A stretch of 64,000 nucleotides of DNA from an uncultured Planctomycetaceae bacterium (GCA_963815195.1 CAWFGE010000008.1:224001-288000), one strand, 5' to 3'; shown: positions 54,143 to 63,321, numbered from the stretch's first letter. Notes: generated by a model not told the origin, from the sequence alone. A program made the numbers and translations.

Positions 54143-55148
54143 CTAATCAGCGGATTCGTCGGGATGTGGGAGATCTGGTTTGGTTTTGGGCGGTTCGAGT
54201 TCTTCGGCCGTCGGTTGATCGGGTTCGGGGGCCTGGTCCTCATCCTCTCCCATAACGGTGTACCCACTTTCCGTTTCCGCCCGCATTAACTTATCTCTCC
54301 GCTTCGCGATCGTTTCGTTGATCTTTCCGTACTTATCGTCGGTGTCGCCCCCGATGAATGGGCGAAACAATGGGGGCGTATGCTCGTCGATGAACCGTCT
54401 TAGAAATTTCCTGAAATCGTCCTGCGATCCTGCACGGTCGCGATGCAATGTTGCCACGGTATCTTCCAATTTATCTAGGCAGTTATCCTCAGCCGCATCT
54501 ATCCAAACAAGGGGATAGGGGTTTCCGTTCAAGACGCCTTTGAGTTCTTTTCGCCCATCGCACCGAAATTCGCAGAAGTCCTTTTCCAATTCGAGTTTCT
54601 CGATGGCGTCCAGCAGCATCAAAGCCAAATCCGCGGTCAGCATGAATTTCCGGGGGGTGGCTTGACTGGCCACGCGAAAGCCCAAGTCGATGGAGGGTCC
54701 GACAAAATCCCGAAGTGATTCGTTATCGGCCGTCGAAAGGGCAAGTTCCGTGTTGGTGACGGGAAAACCAGCCAACCAACCGGAGGCTTTCAGCCGGAGG
54801 GGAACTTCCTTTTTCTGCCATTCCTTCGGATATTTGGTCACGGCGTTTTTGAACGCGGCGATATGGGTGGCCACGTGCCGATGATCCGAAAGCTTCGCTG
54901 TAAAGAGAATTTCATCCCCGGAGAATTTCCAGGGCTTCACTTCCTCGGAGCAGTCGGGCAGTTTTGAGTCCTCGAAGTCCGCGAGTTTTCCATACTCGCC
55001 ATGAAGGAAGCGTGGGAAATCTCCGAAAAATGAACGGAAGGTTTCCGCCCATTGCGTCGGATCTTCCGCGTGAGAGATTTTGTAGGCGGTGGAACCGGCA
55101 AGATCGGCGCTCAGAAACAAACGAAGCTTCCAGCCCCAGCACCATCAT
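54143..55148 (-). CDS. Class III nucleotidyl-cyclase-like protein
   Basis: LSADLAGST, WKFSGDEILF, DFVGPSIDLGFRVAS; likely start is the ATGA overlap at 55148 with a 1-nt indel (ORF track starts at 55120). Confidence 0.6.
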
Positions 55149-55648
55149 CCGGCAACTGCTTTGAGGGATTCATTCCTGACTCGTGCGGCATCCTCTGAGA
55201 CGTAGAACTTCACCGCAAGATCGGCAATTGACTTCCCCTGTTGCATCTCGGCCAGAAACTCGTGGCACGGCATAAGCAACTCAGCCGCAAACCAATTCGC
55301 TTCCCACTCGATTCGATTGGAGCCGGAACGAAAGGCAATTATGGGCTTTTCGCCTTGCCGAGAATGTAGGAAATAATGCCCCAACTCGTGAGCGGTAGTG
55401 AATCGGTCTCTCAAGGGACTGGTGAACGAAGGAAGGACAATATCGAACTCCGTTTCTCCATGCACGTAAATGGAGCCATCTTCGGCGAACCATTCGTCAG
55501 CCGGTTCAAAATGAATGCTGCCCCCAAGGCGCTCGACCATTTCCCCAATGGGTTCGCCCACGCGGAATGTCAACGCCTGCGCCACTTCGCGCATACTCCT
55601 CAACTCGATATTTGGGCAGATTGGAAGGGCGGATGTTTTCGCCCTCAA
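55145..55648 (-). CDS. ImmA/IrrE family metallo-endopeptidase
   Basis: RDRFTTAHELGHYFLH, EWEANWFAAELLMP, LAVKFYVS; start uncertain. Confidence 0.88.
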   Translation of the reverse strand: MRAKTSALPICPNIELRSMREVAQALTFRVGEPIGEMVERLGGSIHFEPADEWFAEDGSIYVHGETEFDIVLPSFTSPLRDRFTTAHELGHYFLHSRQGEKPIIAFRSGSNRIEWEANWFAAELLMPCHEFLAEMQQGKSIADLAVKFYVSEDAARVRNESLKAVAG

Positions 55649-55817
55649 CGTATTCCTTACCTGGTCGGCGAAAGGAGGGCATGGTGCTTGGTTTTCTATC
55701 GGATTTGGAAAGGATTGTTTTCAGCATCATTGCGGGAAGGGAATCAAATTTCCAGTCCTCCGCTAAAATAGAGATACAATTTCCCAAATCGGTTCGCCAT
55801 CGGTGCTTTTCCGATTT

Positions 55818-57133
55818 CTACTTCACCGCGTAAACTTTCAGCACTTCGTCGCCGTAGTGGTTGATGACCTTCACCGCGATTTTGCCCGTGTCGGCTTGGG
55901 GAACGGTTCGCTTTTTGTGCTGTAGAGGCTGGCCCAGGCGTCTTCGTCGATTTCGGCTTTGAGGGCGCGCTTCAGGTTGGCGTAGGGTTCTTCGGCCCCC
56001 GTGAAGTAGGCGTGGCGGACGAAGAAACTCTCGGCATCGTAGTTGGTGTCGATGAACCAACACGCGATGTCATCCGTCGAATCGCTGCGGATTTGGCCCG
56101 TGGTCGGGTCGTAAACGTCGATCCCGTGGATCTCCACCACCATTTCCCCATCTTCGGTTTCGTCCAAGGTGATGTCCGGTTCGCCGAAGATCATAAACAG
56201 GTTGCCGGCCCCGGTCTTTTTGAGCAGTTCATCGCCCATGCTGAGATCGGGATTCATCCGGCAGATTTCCACTTGCAGTTTGCCGTAGGTTTTGGATTCC
56301 TCTTCCACCATCGGATCGAACGCGAACCCGCAGACCAACAGCAAATCGTTCCCGAAGCCCTGCATGGCTTCCTTGGCGGCTTCGCGGACCAAATCCGGCC
56401 CCACGGTCCCGAACTCCGGCCCGATGCACACCGCCACGGTTTTCAGGTTGCCCGATTTGTCGGTGTATTCGCCACGGGCGTGAATCCATTCGCCGGGGAA
56501 GGGTTCCAGCACATCGAACTTGAGGCGTTCGGTCTTGATGCGGTTTTGAACGCCGGCCGAACGCAGGTTTTCGATGATGGCATTGCCGAAATGATCCGGC
56601 CCCACCACCCGCATTTTCACCCCTTCATTGGCCAGCTTCGCCTTTTCCTGCACGTCGATCCGGCGGTGGGGCGAAAGGCTTTCTACGGTAAACGGCCCGG
56701 TCACGCGGAGCGTGTGCTTGTCTTCGTAGGGCTGATCGTAGAGCAATTCTTGATCGGCGTTCCGGGCGATGGATTCATCAATTTCGGCCTGGCGCTTGCG
56801 GCGGAGTTCCCACCACTTTTTGAGATGCTTTTGATCTTCGCTGCTCCAATCGCCCTCGGCTTCGCGGGGGATTTCCCATTCCTCCCAGGACTGGCCGCGC
56901 GAGGCATTCAGGCTTTCGCGGATCGGTTCCAGTTTCTTCTGCCACTTTTCGTGAATCGCATCGATTTCTTCGTTGTTGGCAATGTGCTTGAGCATGACGT
57001 GCGGCACGCGCTTATAGACAAAGCCCTTTTTGATGTCCCCATGCGTGGGATAATCCGGCGGCGTTTTGCCGGTGATCTCGGCTTCCTTCCGCACCCCTTC
57101 GGCAGAATCGGCCATCAGATACCACGGATACCG
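55818..57133 (-). pseudogene. C-terminal half of a type III R-M methyltransferase (Mod), 5'-truncated
   Basis: RYPWYLMADS, GFVYKRVPH, GPFTVESLSPH, GNLFMIFGEPD, WFIDTNY, KIAVKVINHYGDEV; no DPPY or SAM-binding motif present. Confidence 0.75.
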
Positions 57134-57287
57134 CACCACACCACCCGCCTAAGCCGGCGATGGCCCCGATTACCCGGTCCACGTCATCGCCCTATGCCCC
57201 AACTGCCACCACCGCGCCCATCACGCCGACGATGCCGCGTCCTTCAATCAGGAATTGAAGGATGGGTTGAAAGAGTTGGGAAGGTGA
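57131..57287 (+). pseudogene. C-terminal remnant of an HNH endonuclease
   Basis: My translation: PHHTTRL / (1-nt shift) AGDGPDYPVHVIALCPNCHHRAHH...ELGR*. Confidence 0.7.
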
Positions 57288-57322
57288 TGGGAAAATAAGC
57301 CGCGTTCAGACCACTATTGAAA

Positions 57323-58114
57323 TCATGTTGATGTGGAACTCCCACCTTTCTTAAACCTCACTCCAATCGATTCCATCTTTCCCTGGCTGGAATTGTGAGA
57401 AGCATCTAAGGGAAATGAAGCTTCATCAATACTTGTGGGAGTGTAGGCGGTTTCACGAACCGTCTGAGCGGAGCGATTTAGCGAGTGAAGCACATAGCCA
57501 GCAAGAGCAATTCGCCACGGTTCTTCACCTTCAATTCCCGCCTGTACCCGTCGTCGTTCGTCTTGGACGCCGTCTCCGTATGAGTTGGTGAGTGTCGCCA
57601 GATTCACTTCCGGAAACTTTGAGGGATCAAGATTAAGAAGTTGAATGTCGGCGCCCTCTTGATAGCACTCGCAGACGAATCCCACACAACTGAACTTCCG
57701 AAATCGTTTGTTGCCAGTCCGCTTGTCATTAACCCAATCGACGGGTGGATTGACGATGTAGTGCGTCAAAAACCCTTTGGGCTGTGTTGCCATTGGTGGA
57801 GTTTGAGTGTCGATTTCAGCGAGAATCGTTTGGATGCCCGCCACATCGTCGGGTGATAGATCGTCAAGAAACCCTGCAGCATGCACCTTGCACTCATCGA
57901 ACGCATGATTGGAAAAAGCACTTGCTTTCTCTCCTGCAATGATTGGCGGAGTACAATGCCAAACCGCGACAGAATGACCAAAAGCAAGATCAGAACCATC
58001 ACGTAGCAATGCCACATGAAGCACAAATTGATCCTGCTCTGGCCGGGCATACATACCCACTACTGCAAACTTCGGAACAGGTGTTGGGGCAGCCTTCAAG
58101 CGAAGTCCAGGCAT
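57323..58114 (-). CDS. Hypothetical protein, permuted papain-like (NlpC/P60-type) Cys hydrolase candidate
   Basis: N-terminal FVLHVALL...VWH and downstream FSCVGFVCECY (His-before-Cys order). Confidence 0.55.
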   Translation of the reverse strand: MPGLRLKAAPTPVPKFAVVGMYARPEQDQFVLHVALLRDGSDLAFGHSVAVWHCTPPIIAGEKASAFSNHAFDECKVHAAGFLDDLSPDDVAGIQTILAEIDTQTPPMATQPKGFLTHYIVNPPVDWVNDKRTGNKRFRKFSCVGFVCECYQEGADIQLLNLDPSKFPEVNLATLTNSYGDGVQDERRRVQAGIEGEEPWRIALAGYVLHSLNRSAQTVRETAYTPTSIDEASFPLDASHNSSQGKMESIGVRFKKGGSSTST

Positions 58115-58138
58115 TCGCGAAATCCCGTGTCGTGCAGG

Positions 58139-59449
58139 TCAATCTTGGTGTTCGAGTTTTCCTAACTGTTCCTTCACAAGTTTCGCAGCGGGGTGTTTCA
58201 TGACATCCGACTTTTGTGACCACGCTTCGAGCAAATTCATCAATTTGCGTTTAACCTGCCGGGTAAGCCATTTCATTTCGAGTTGTTGAATCTTCTCTAC
58301 ACACTCGTTCAAACGTGAATCTCCCAGCGCGGCCAACGCACACGTTGCGTTTTGGCCAAGGGCGGCTTTTTCACCCGCCACTAACCAATCCCGATCCAAG
58401 AACTTCACGGCCAACTCATGAATCCGATTTGAGAGATTTTCATGCTGTGTTGTATCATCCGGAGGCTGAACTTGGAATCGATGCGTCACGCAAAGCAATG
58501 TTACCAGCCGCGTTTCAATTGGCTTCGGCGGTTCAAGAAATGGCAAAAGCGTCTCGGCTTGCTCGGGGCGAATCATCGAGACATAGGTGCGAATTGCTGA
58601 TTGAACGATCGGCTTCATTTCCGTAGCGGTCGAGTGCAGAAGGGTCGAGGCAAGATCATACAGCCGTTGAGTGAGACGGTTACGAAGTTGCTCATCCGTG
58701 AACTGGACCATCTCTGCCGCCAAGATCATAGTGTTCCGCCAGCGTGCGCTAAGCCCTTCCCGTTCCAATTCATCCACGATGAAGTTGGCTACAGAATCAG
58801 GCTCCTCAAAGTGAAGTTCATTCAGGGCTTCAACACGTCTTTCAATTTCCGCGTGCGCATCTTTCACAATGGCCCAGAAATCTTCACCAGTATATATCTC
58901 TGCTTCGGTTTGGCCTTGTTGAGGATCCAGTGGAGGAGATTCTTGTAAAGACTCTTGACCGCCCCATATTGCAGCCGCTTGGTTTTTGCGTTTAATCCAA
59001 AAATTCGAGAAATTCGCGTATTGATTCCGAGGATCGTCTCTCAGATCGGATTGTGTCAAGAACCTAATATAATACCGAAGCCATGCGGTATAGCCACCAG
59101 GGCTCGACGGAACCCAAAGTGCACCAAACTCGGGCTGTTGGCTGACAAGTTTTGTTTCGGTAATGATCAGCGGGAAATTCTTTTGGGCGGATTCAATAAG
59201 AAGATCTACCAAATCTGCGTGTTCACATTCTGTGGTTGTGTAGAACTCACGATGAAAGGTTCCGGAATTGAAGACATTTTCAACAGCGGTACCTGCCGAA
59301 CTCGGTTGCTTCTCGTCCGATTCGAAGCCTTCTCTGGCTGTGGAGAGAATCCGGCGTGGAATTGGAGGATCAAGTTCATCGCAGTATGGTTTACGTGCAA
59401 CTCTGCGTGTCCGCTTCGCATAATCTACCAGAGTGGCGGTCTTGCTCAT
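58139..59449 (-). CDS. Hypothetical protein with alpha-helical (HEAT/ARM-like) C-terminal region
   Basis: Intact 436-aa ORF with ATGA overlap to the upstream gene; amphipathic helix pattern from ~aa 190. Confidence 0.7.
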   Translation of the reverse strand: MSKTATLVDYAKRTRRVARKPYCDELDPPIPRRILSTAREGFESDEKQPSSAGTAVENVFNSGTFHREFYTTTECEHADLVDLLIESAQKNFPLIITETKLVSQQPEFGALWVPSSPGGYTAWLRYYIRFLTQSDLRDDPRNQYANFSNFWIKRKNQAAAIWGGQESLQESPPLDPQQGQTEAEIYTGEDFWAIVKDAHAEIERRVEALNELHFEEPDSVANFIVDELEREGLSARWRNTMILAAEMVQFTDEQLRNRLTQRLYDLASTLLHSTATEMKPIVQSAIRTYVSMIRPEQAETLLPFLEPPKPIETRLVTLLCVTHRFQVQPPDDTTQHENLSNRIHELAVKFLDRDWLVAGEKAALGQNATCALAALGDSRLNECVEKIQQLEMKWLTRQVKRKLMNLLEAWSQKSDVMKHPAAKLVKEQLGKLEHQD

Positions 59450-60150
59450 TGTTCTGTCAATTCCCCGTAAGTCACTAAATTTGAGCCCTTCTCAATTGCT
59501 TCCCGTTTGACGACGCCAATCTTCTGCCTCGCCCGATTCATTTCGATCTGCAAATCTTCCAAATCGGAACTGTCCAAACTCACGTGCAACGTTCGGTTTT
59601 GCCCATCCCAGTATTCCAGCACCAGCGTGTTTGTTTGAAGTACAGCAAGGGTTCTGGATTGTTCCTCATTAAAGATTGGCCGAAATTCCGTCAGAATCCG
59701 GGCAGACTGAAAAAGAGTGGGGCGTTCGGAAAGAAGATCAAACGCCTTGCTAACCTGTGCGAAGAAGTTGTCCGGCTCAAAAAATGGGGAAAGATGTGGA
59801 ACAATCGCCTTCCAAGAATCCAGATGGTTTTCCCTCCATTTTTGGGGCGACTGATTGGTGAGGGTATGGTCAAGTGCTGTAAGAAATTCTGCAGCAGGCA
59901 ATTCCAGGCGGCGCCTCAATCCATTGAACGAAATCAAGGCATTGAGAATTCCGAGTTGAAGTGTGCGACGATCACATTCGAGGTCGGCGACCAAGCGATC
60001 GTAGACATTCGACAAATTCAATTCGAGTGGCTGCTGACATTGGATTCGTGCGAGTTTGGCCAAATTCTCCTCCCCCAACTCAATGAGGGCTTGAATGCCG
60101 ACAATATCTTCGTTTTGAATCGGGATTGTTTTCGGGGGAGATTCGGACAT
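59446..60150 (-). CDS. Hypothetical protein, COMM-domain-like candidate
   Basis: Helical N-terminus, then ARILTEFRPIF / TNTLVLEYW / TLHVSLDSSDLEDLQIEMNRA (three strands plus helix). Confidence 0.55.
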   Translation of the reverse strand: MSESPPKTIPIQNEDIVGIQALIELGEENLAKLARIQCQQPLELNLSNVYDRLVADLECDRRTLQLGILNALISFNGLRRRLELPAAEFLTALDHTLTNQSPQKWRENHLDSWKAIVPHLSPFFEPDNFFAQVSKAFDLLSERPTLFQSARILTEFRPIFNEEQSRTLAVLQTNTLVLEYWDGQNRTLHVSLDSSDLEDLQIEMNRARQKIGVVKREAIEKGSNLVTYGELTEQ

Positions 60151-60161
60151 GTCTCAATTCC

Positions 60162-60170
60162 ATTATACCA
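60162..60170 (-). promoter_or_regulatory. Extended -10 promoter (TGnTATAAT) for the three-gene cassette
   Basis: Minus strand reads TGGTATAAT, ending 11 nt before the ATG at 60150. Confidence 0.6.
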
Positions 60171-60379
60171 TTGTTAGCCTTGGATTGTGGCAAATTCAAG
60201 CCAGGGCGGAAGTTGCGAAGAATCAACGCTCAATCCGTTCTTCCGGAGAGTGATGATACCGAAATCTACTTTGGACGAACACCCAGGCAGCGGGGAATTG
60301 GGATCTTGCATCCTCCAACTCAAGGGGGGGAGGATGACAAGGATCGTTCCCAATGGGATTGCCGGGAATTCCTGAAATC

Positions 60380-61727
60380 TGTGGGTAAAGGCTTTGAAGC
60401 ACCCCTGCAACACGGCCGGAAGGCGGGGTTCTTCGGTGAGCTGGGCATCCTTCCGGCCCACCTTGGGGAGTTCATCGCGGATTTCCGGCCAGAGATTGCG
60501 GTACTTCGGCATCGTCCCGACCATCGAATCATCGGCCACGGGAACGCGGGGCACTTTGACGATTCCCGATTCGATGGCATCGATCAGAGAGAAATCGGAC
60601 ACCACCCAGGGAAAGAGCGTTCCTTCCTGGTAGCCCGAACCGCTCAGGAAGAACGGCGTGGCCGAGAGATCATAAACCGCCTTGATGCCGAGTTTGTCTT
60701 CGATGGCTTTCAGGCCGGAAATCCACAACTGGGCCTGTTGGTTCCGTTCTTCGGCTTCCTTCTTGTCTTCCCGGCTGAGTTTCGGCCCGTTGGAATCGTC
60801 TTTTTCCTTGCGAAGATAGCAATGGTGGGCCTCATCATTGATGACGATGATATTTCGTTTGTTGCCGAGTTCCCGGCAAACGCGGTTGACCATCTGCTGC
60901 GGAGTTTCGCGGAAACGGTCGGGATCATCGCCGGCAAGAATCTTTTTCGTCAGCCGCGCTGCCTGCACCTGTTCCTTGCGATGGAAGGCGTGGTAATTGG
61001 TGATGATGATTTTGGCCGATTCCAGATGGGGAATCTGCCACGGGGGAAGGATGTCCCGCTGCCGGTAATAGTTTTCGGGATCGTTGGGGAGCAAAACGCG
61101 GAGCCGGTCGCGGATCGTGATTCCCGGCGTGACGATCAGGAAGGCATCGGTAAACCGGGCATCTTGGCGGTTGGAAAGTTTGTTGAGGATTTGCCACGCC
61201 ATCAGCATGGCCATCACCACGGTTTTCCCGCTGCCGGTGGCCATTTTGAACGCCAACCGGAACAGCCCCATGTTGAAGGCTTTGTTTTCTTCGCCGAGCG
61301 TGTTTTCGATCCAATGATCGTTGAACTTGCCGGCCACTTCGGTGATGTAGATGGCGGTTTCGACGGCTTCCCGCTGGCAGAAGAACAGTTTGCGTTCCCG
61401 TTCGGTGTCGCCCCAATAATCGAGCAAGCGCTGCGTGGCCCGTGTCACGCCGGCATAACCGCCTTCCCGCCAAATCCGAATCTTTTCCCGCACCTGGTTG
61501 ATGAAGGGATTATCGGCGAGGGCGTTGCTTTCCGGGTCAAAATCGAACGTGGCCTGTTTGGAATTCGCCTTCGGTTTGGCGATGGGAACAAAATAAGCGC
61601 TGGGCCGGCGGCTTTTGATCACCGTGCTGGTGATCCCATCTTCCTTGAACCGAAAATGCCGATTCGGTTCGACAAACGGGGAATTGAGAATCGGATTCTT
61701 GATAACATCCTGCTTCATGGCGTCCAT
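60380..61727 (-). pseudogene. N-terminal half of a type III restriction helicase (Res), 3'-truncated
   Basis: FFCQREAVETAIY, KMATGSGKT, NDEAHHCY, DLSATPF, DAIESGIVKVPRVP; recognisable similarity ends near 60380, before the second RecA domain and nuclease. Confidence 0.8.
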
Positions 61728-61967
61728 CCTGACAACGGGGCGAGAACCGTATCAGTTTCCATCGGCACGTGAAGCGCCTATCGGTGAAAACCCGGCCATC
61801 AATGCGGATCGGCGGGAAAATGCGAAATATGCGGCCGGTGGGATTGTGCGGATTTGGCTCCAGAAACGAGGTTTTTCAACAATTGACGTTGTGTAGCCTC
61901 CTTCCGCCACCTTTTGAAGTCCAAATCCGGCGGGATTTTGGAAGGCACTGCCTTCCAGGAGGTTTTT

Positions 61968-62186
61968 ATGGTTGCACCAACCTCGCAACCGCACGAGTGG
62001 CGAACGGGGCAGGACTGCCCTCTCGCCGGTGTGTATCGCTTCGACCGCTACACCGATGGCACATCGTCGCCATCGCCAACGCATGAGGAAGCATACATTC
62101 CGATGATCTCACCCGGCCGCACCTTTCCACCGATTAAATCGGCAAATAAGGGGGCCGTTTGGCGCTTTGAGAGACTCATCGAATGA
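61968..62186 (+). CDS. Small YjzC-like protein
   Basis: AGGAGG RBS; RTGQDCPLAGVY...GRTFPP...AVW. Confidence 0.6.
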   Translation: MVAPTSQPHEWRTGQDCPLAGVYRFDRYTDGTSSPSPTHEEAYIPMISPGRTFPPIKSANKGAVWRFERLIE

Positions 62187-62196
62187 CGTTGTGACG

Positions 62197-62234
62197 ACGA
62201 AAAGGGGAGGCCCAATTGGGCCTCCCCTTTTCGT
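62197..62234. terminator. Bidirectional intrinsic terminator
   Basis: Perfect palindrome ACGAAAAGGGGAGGCCCAA-TTGGGCCTCCCCTTTTCGT between convergent genes. Confidence 0.85.
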
Positions 62235-62281
62235 TTTCTTGGCGGGGTTTCCTTGGCGGGCCACGAAAGAAAGTAGCACCA

Positions 62282-62717
62282 TTATGAAACAAACTCTTCT
62301 TCCCTGACATCAACATTCGATTTCAGTTCCACGCCGAAAATCTCCAAAAGCCGATTCGCACGATCGAGCGTGATGTTGTGGTACTCGTTTCGCTCATCGC
62401 GTGAGACTTGGGACTCATGGCAGCCCAACTTTTCGGCCAGTTCTTTTTGGGTGAGTCCACGAAAGATGCGCAGCCCAATGAGCAATTCGCCGATTCCGGC
62501 AAGATTGTGGAGTTCTTTAAACTCGCCCCGTTTCAGTCGTTCGTAGGAACCGATTTCTTCGCGGATTTGCTCCATGAAAGAACGGACGGGTTCGAGGGCG
62601 CGTTCCACTTCTTCGGGCGAGAGAGTTTCGCCAAGCTTCTCACTTCCTTTTCAATCGCTCTGTTTCGGCTTTCAAACGGCGGTTTGCTTCCTGATATTCT
62701 GATTCACTGCGAATCAT
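62282..62717 (-). CDS. XRE-family HTH protein, putative antitoxin (frameshift near 62640)
   Basis: MIRSESEYQEA N-terminus; RIFRGLTQKELAEKLGCHESQVSRDERNEY. Confidence 0.8.
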
Positions 62718-62722
62718 GTGAT

Positions 62723-63280
62723 TTACTCCACAATTTTGACAATGCCCCGCGGCGTATGGTCGCGGGCTTGTCGGAATGCTGAAGGGAAAGTGAGTTCGTG
62801 GCCGTGTTCGTCCCGGAATGCCAGCATGATTGACCATAATGGGGATAAAGTTCCACGCGGTATCGATGCCACATCGGGAGTTGCCGTTTCGAGGAATCCG
62901 GGTGAGGCCTTCGGCTTTTCCGGATCCCAAGTCCAAACTTTATGCGGATCAAGCAAGTTCAATTGGCGTTGAAGTTCACCGCTCGCCAATTCGTGCAGGT
63001 CACATTCAAAATAACCATCAATGTCGTTCGGATGGTCCTTATCTTCCACAAATGACCCATCAATGAAGATCTCAGTGATTCCGACGGTGCGGAGTTGGTC
63101 CACGAGCGTTGCAAGGTTGAAACAGAGCTTTTCCCGCCAGCCCAATCCCAGTTTGGCGAGCTTGGATTTCCTAAAACGAGATGAGACGCGGCCAATTCGG
63201 ATTCTGTGAGTTCGTAGTCGCCCGGAGGGAGAAAGCCATCGGAATTGAAGGGTGGAAGATATTGTTGTTTTCATCGGCAC
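62723..63280 (-). CDS. Pol-beta-type nucleotidyltransferase (DUF6932-like), putative toxin (frameshifted)
   Basis: IFIDGSFVEDKDHPNDIDG; an alternative frame gives FNSDGFLPPGDY; C-terminal PRGIVKI. Confidence 0.7.
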   Translation of the reverse strand: MPMKTTISSTLQFRWLSPSGRLRTHRIRIGRVSSRFRKSKLAKLGLGWREKLCFNLATLVDQLRTVGITEIFIDGSFVEDKDHPNDIDGYFECDLHELASGELQRQLNLLDPHKVWTWDPEKPKASPGFLETATPDVASIPRGTLSPLWSIMLAFRDEHGHELTFPSAFRQARDHTPRGIVKIVE

Positions 63281-63292
63281 TCCTCGGAGGGA

Positions 63293-63321
63293 ATCTTAAC
63301 AGGCTTGACATTTATGTCAAG
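63293..63321 (-). promoter_or_regulatory. Sigma70 promoter with palindromic operator over -35
   Basis: Minus strand TTGACA-N16-TAAGAT (TG-extended); CTTGACAT-nn-ATGTCAAG dyad at 63304-63321; GAGGA RBS downstream. Confidence 0.65.

Noticed and set aside
55121..55147. Stop-codon readthrough or selenocysteine fusion of the IrrE protease and the cyclase (same frame, single TGA)
   Set aside because: Removing one G gives an ATGA-coupled start reading MMVLGLKLRLFLSAD, which is simpler given the indel rate in this window
60174..60380. The last ~70 aa of the 517-aa Res ORF as a genuine C-terminal domain
   Set aside because: It appears to be read-through into foreign DNA past the truncation point and ends next to the cassette promoter
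6167..63280. Numerous frameshifts (M56, Kelch, O-antigen ligase, DUF1553, integrase, rep, TA genes) as pseudogenes or programmed frameshifts
   Set aside because: They are scattered through unrelated core and accessory genes as small indels, without the accumulated in-frame stops expected of decay. This fits long-read or assembly error better; read data are needed to settle it.
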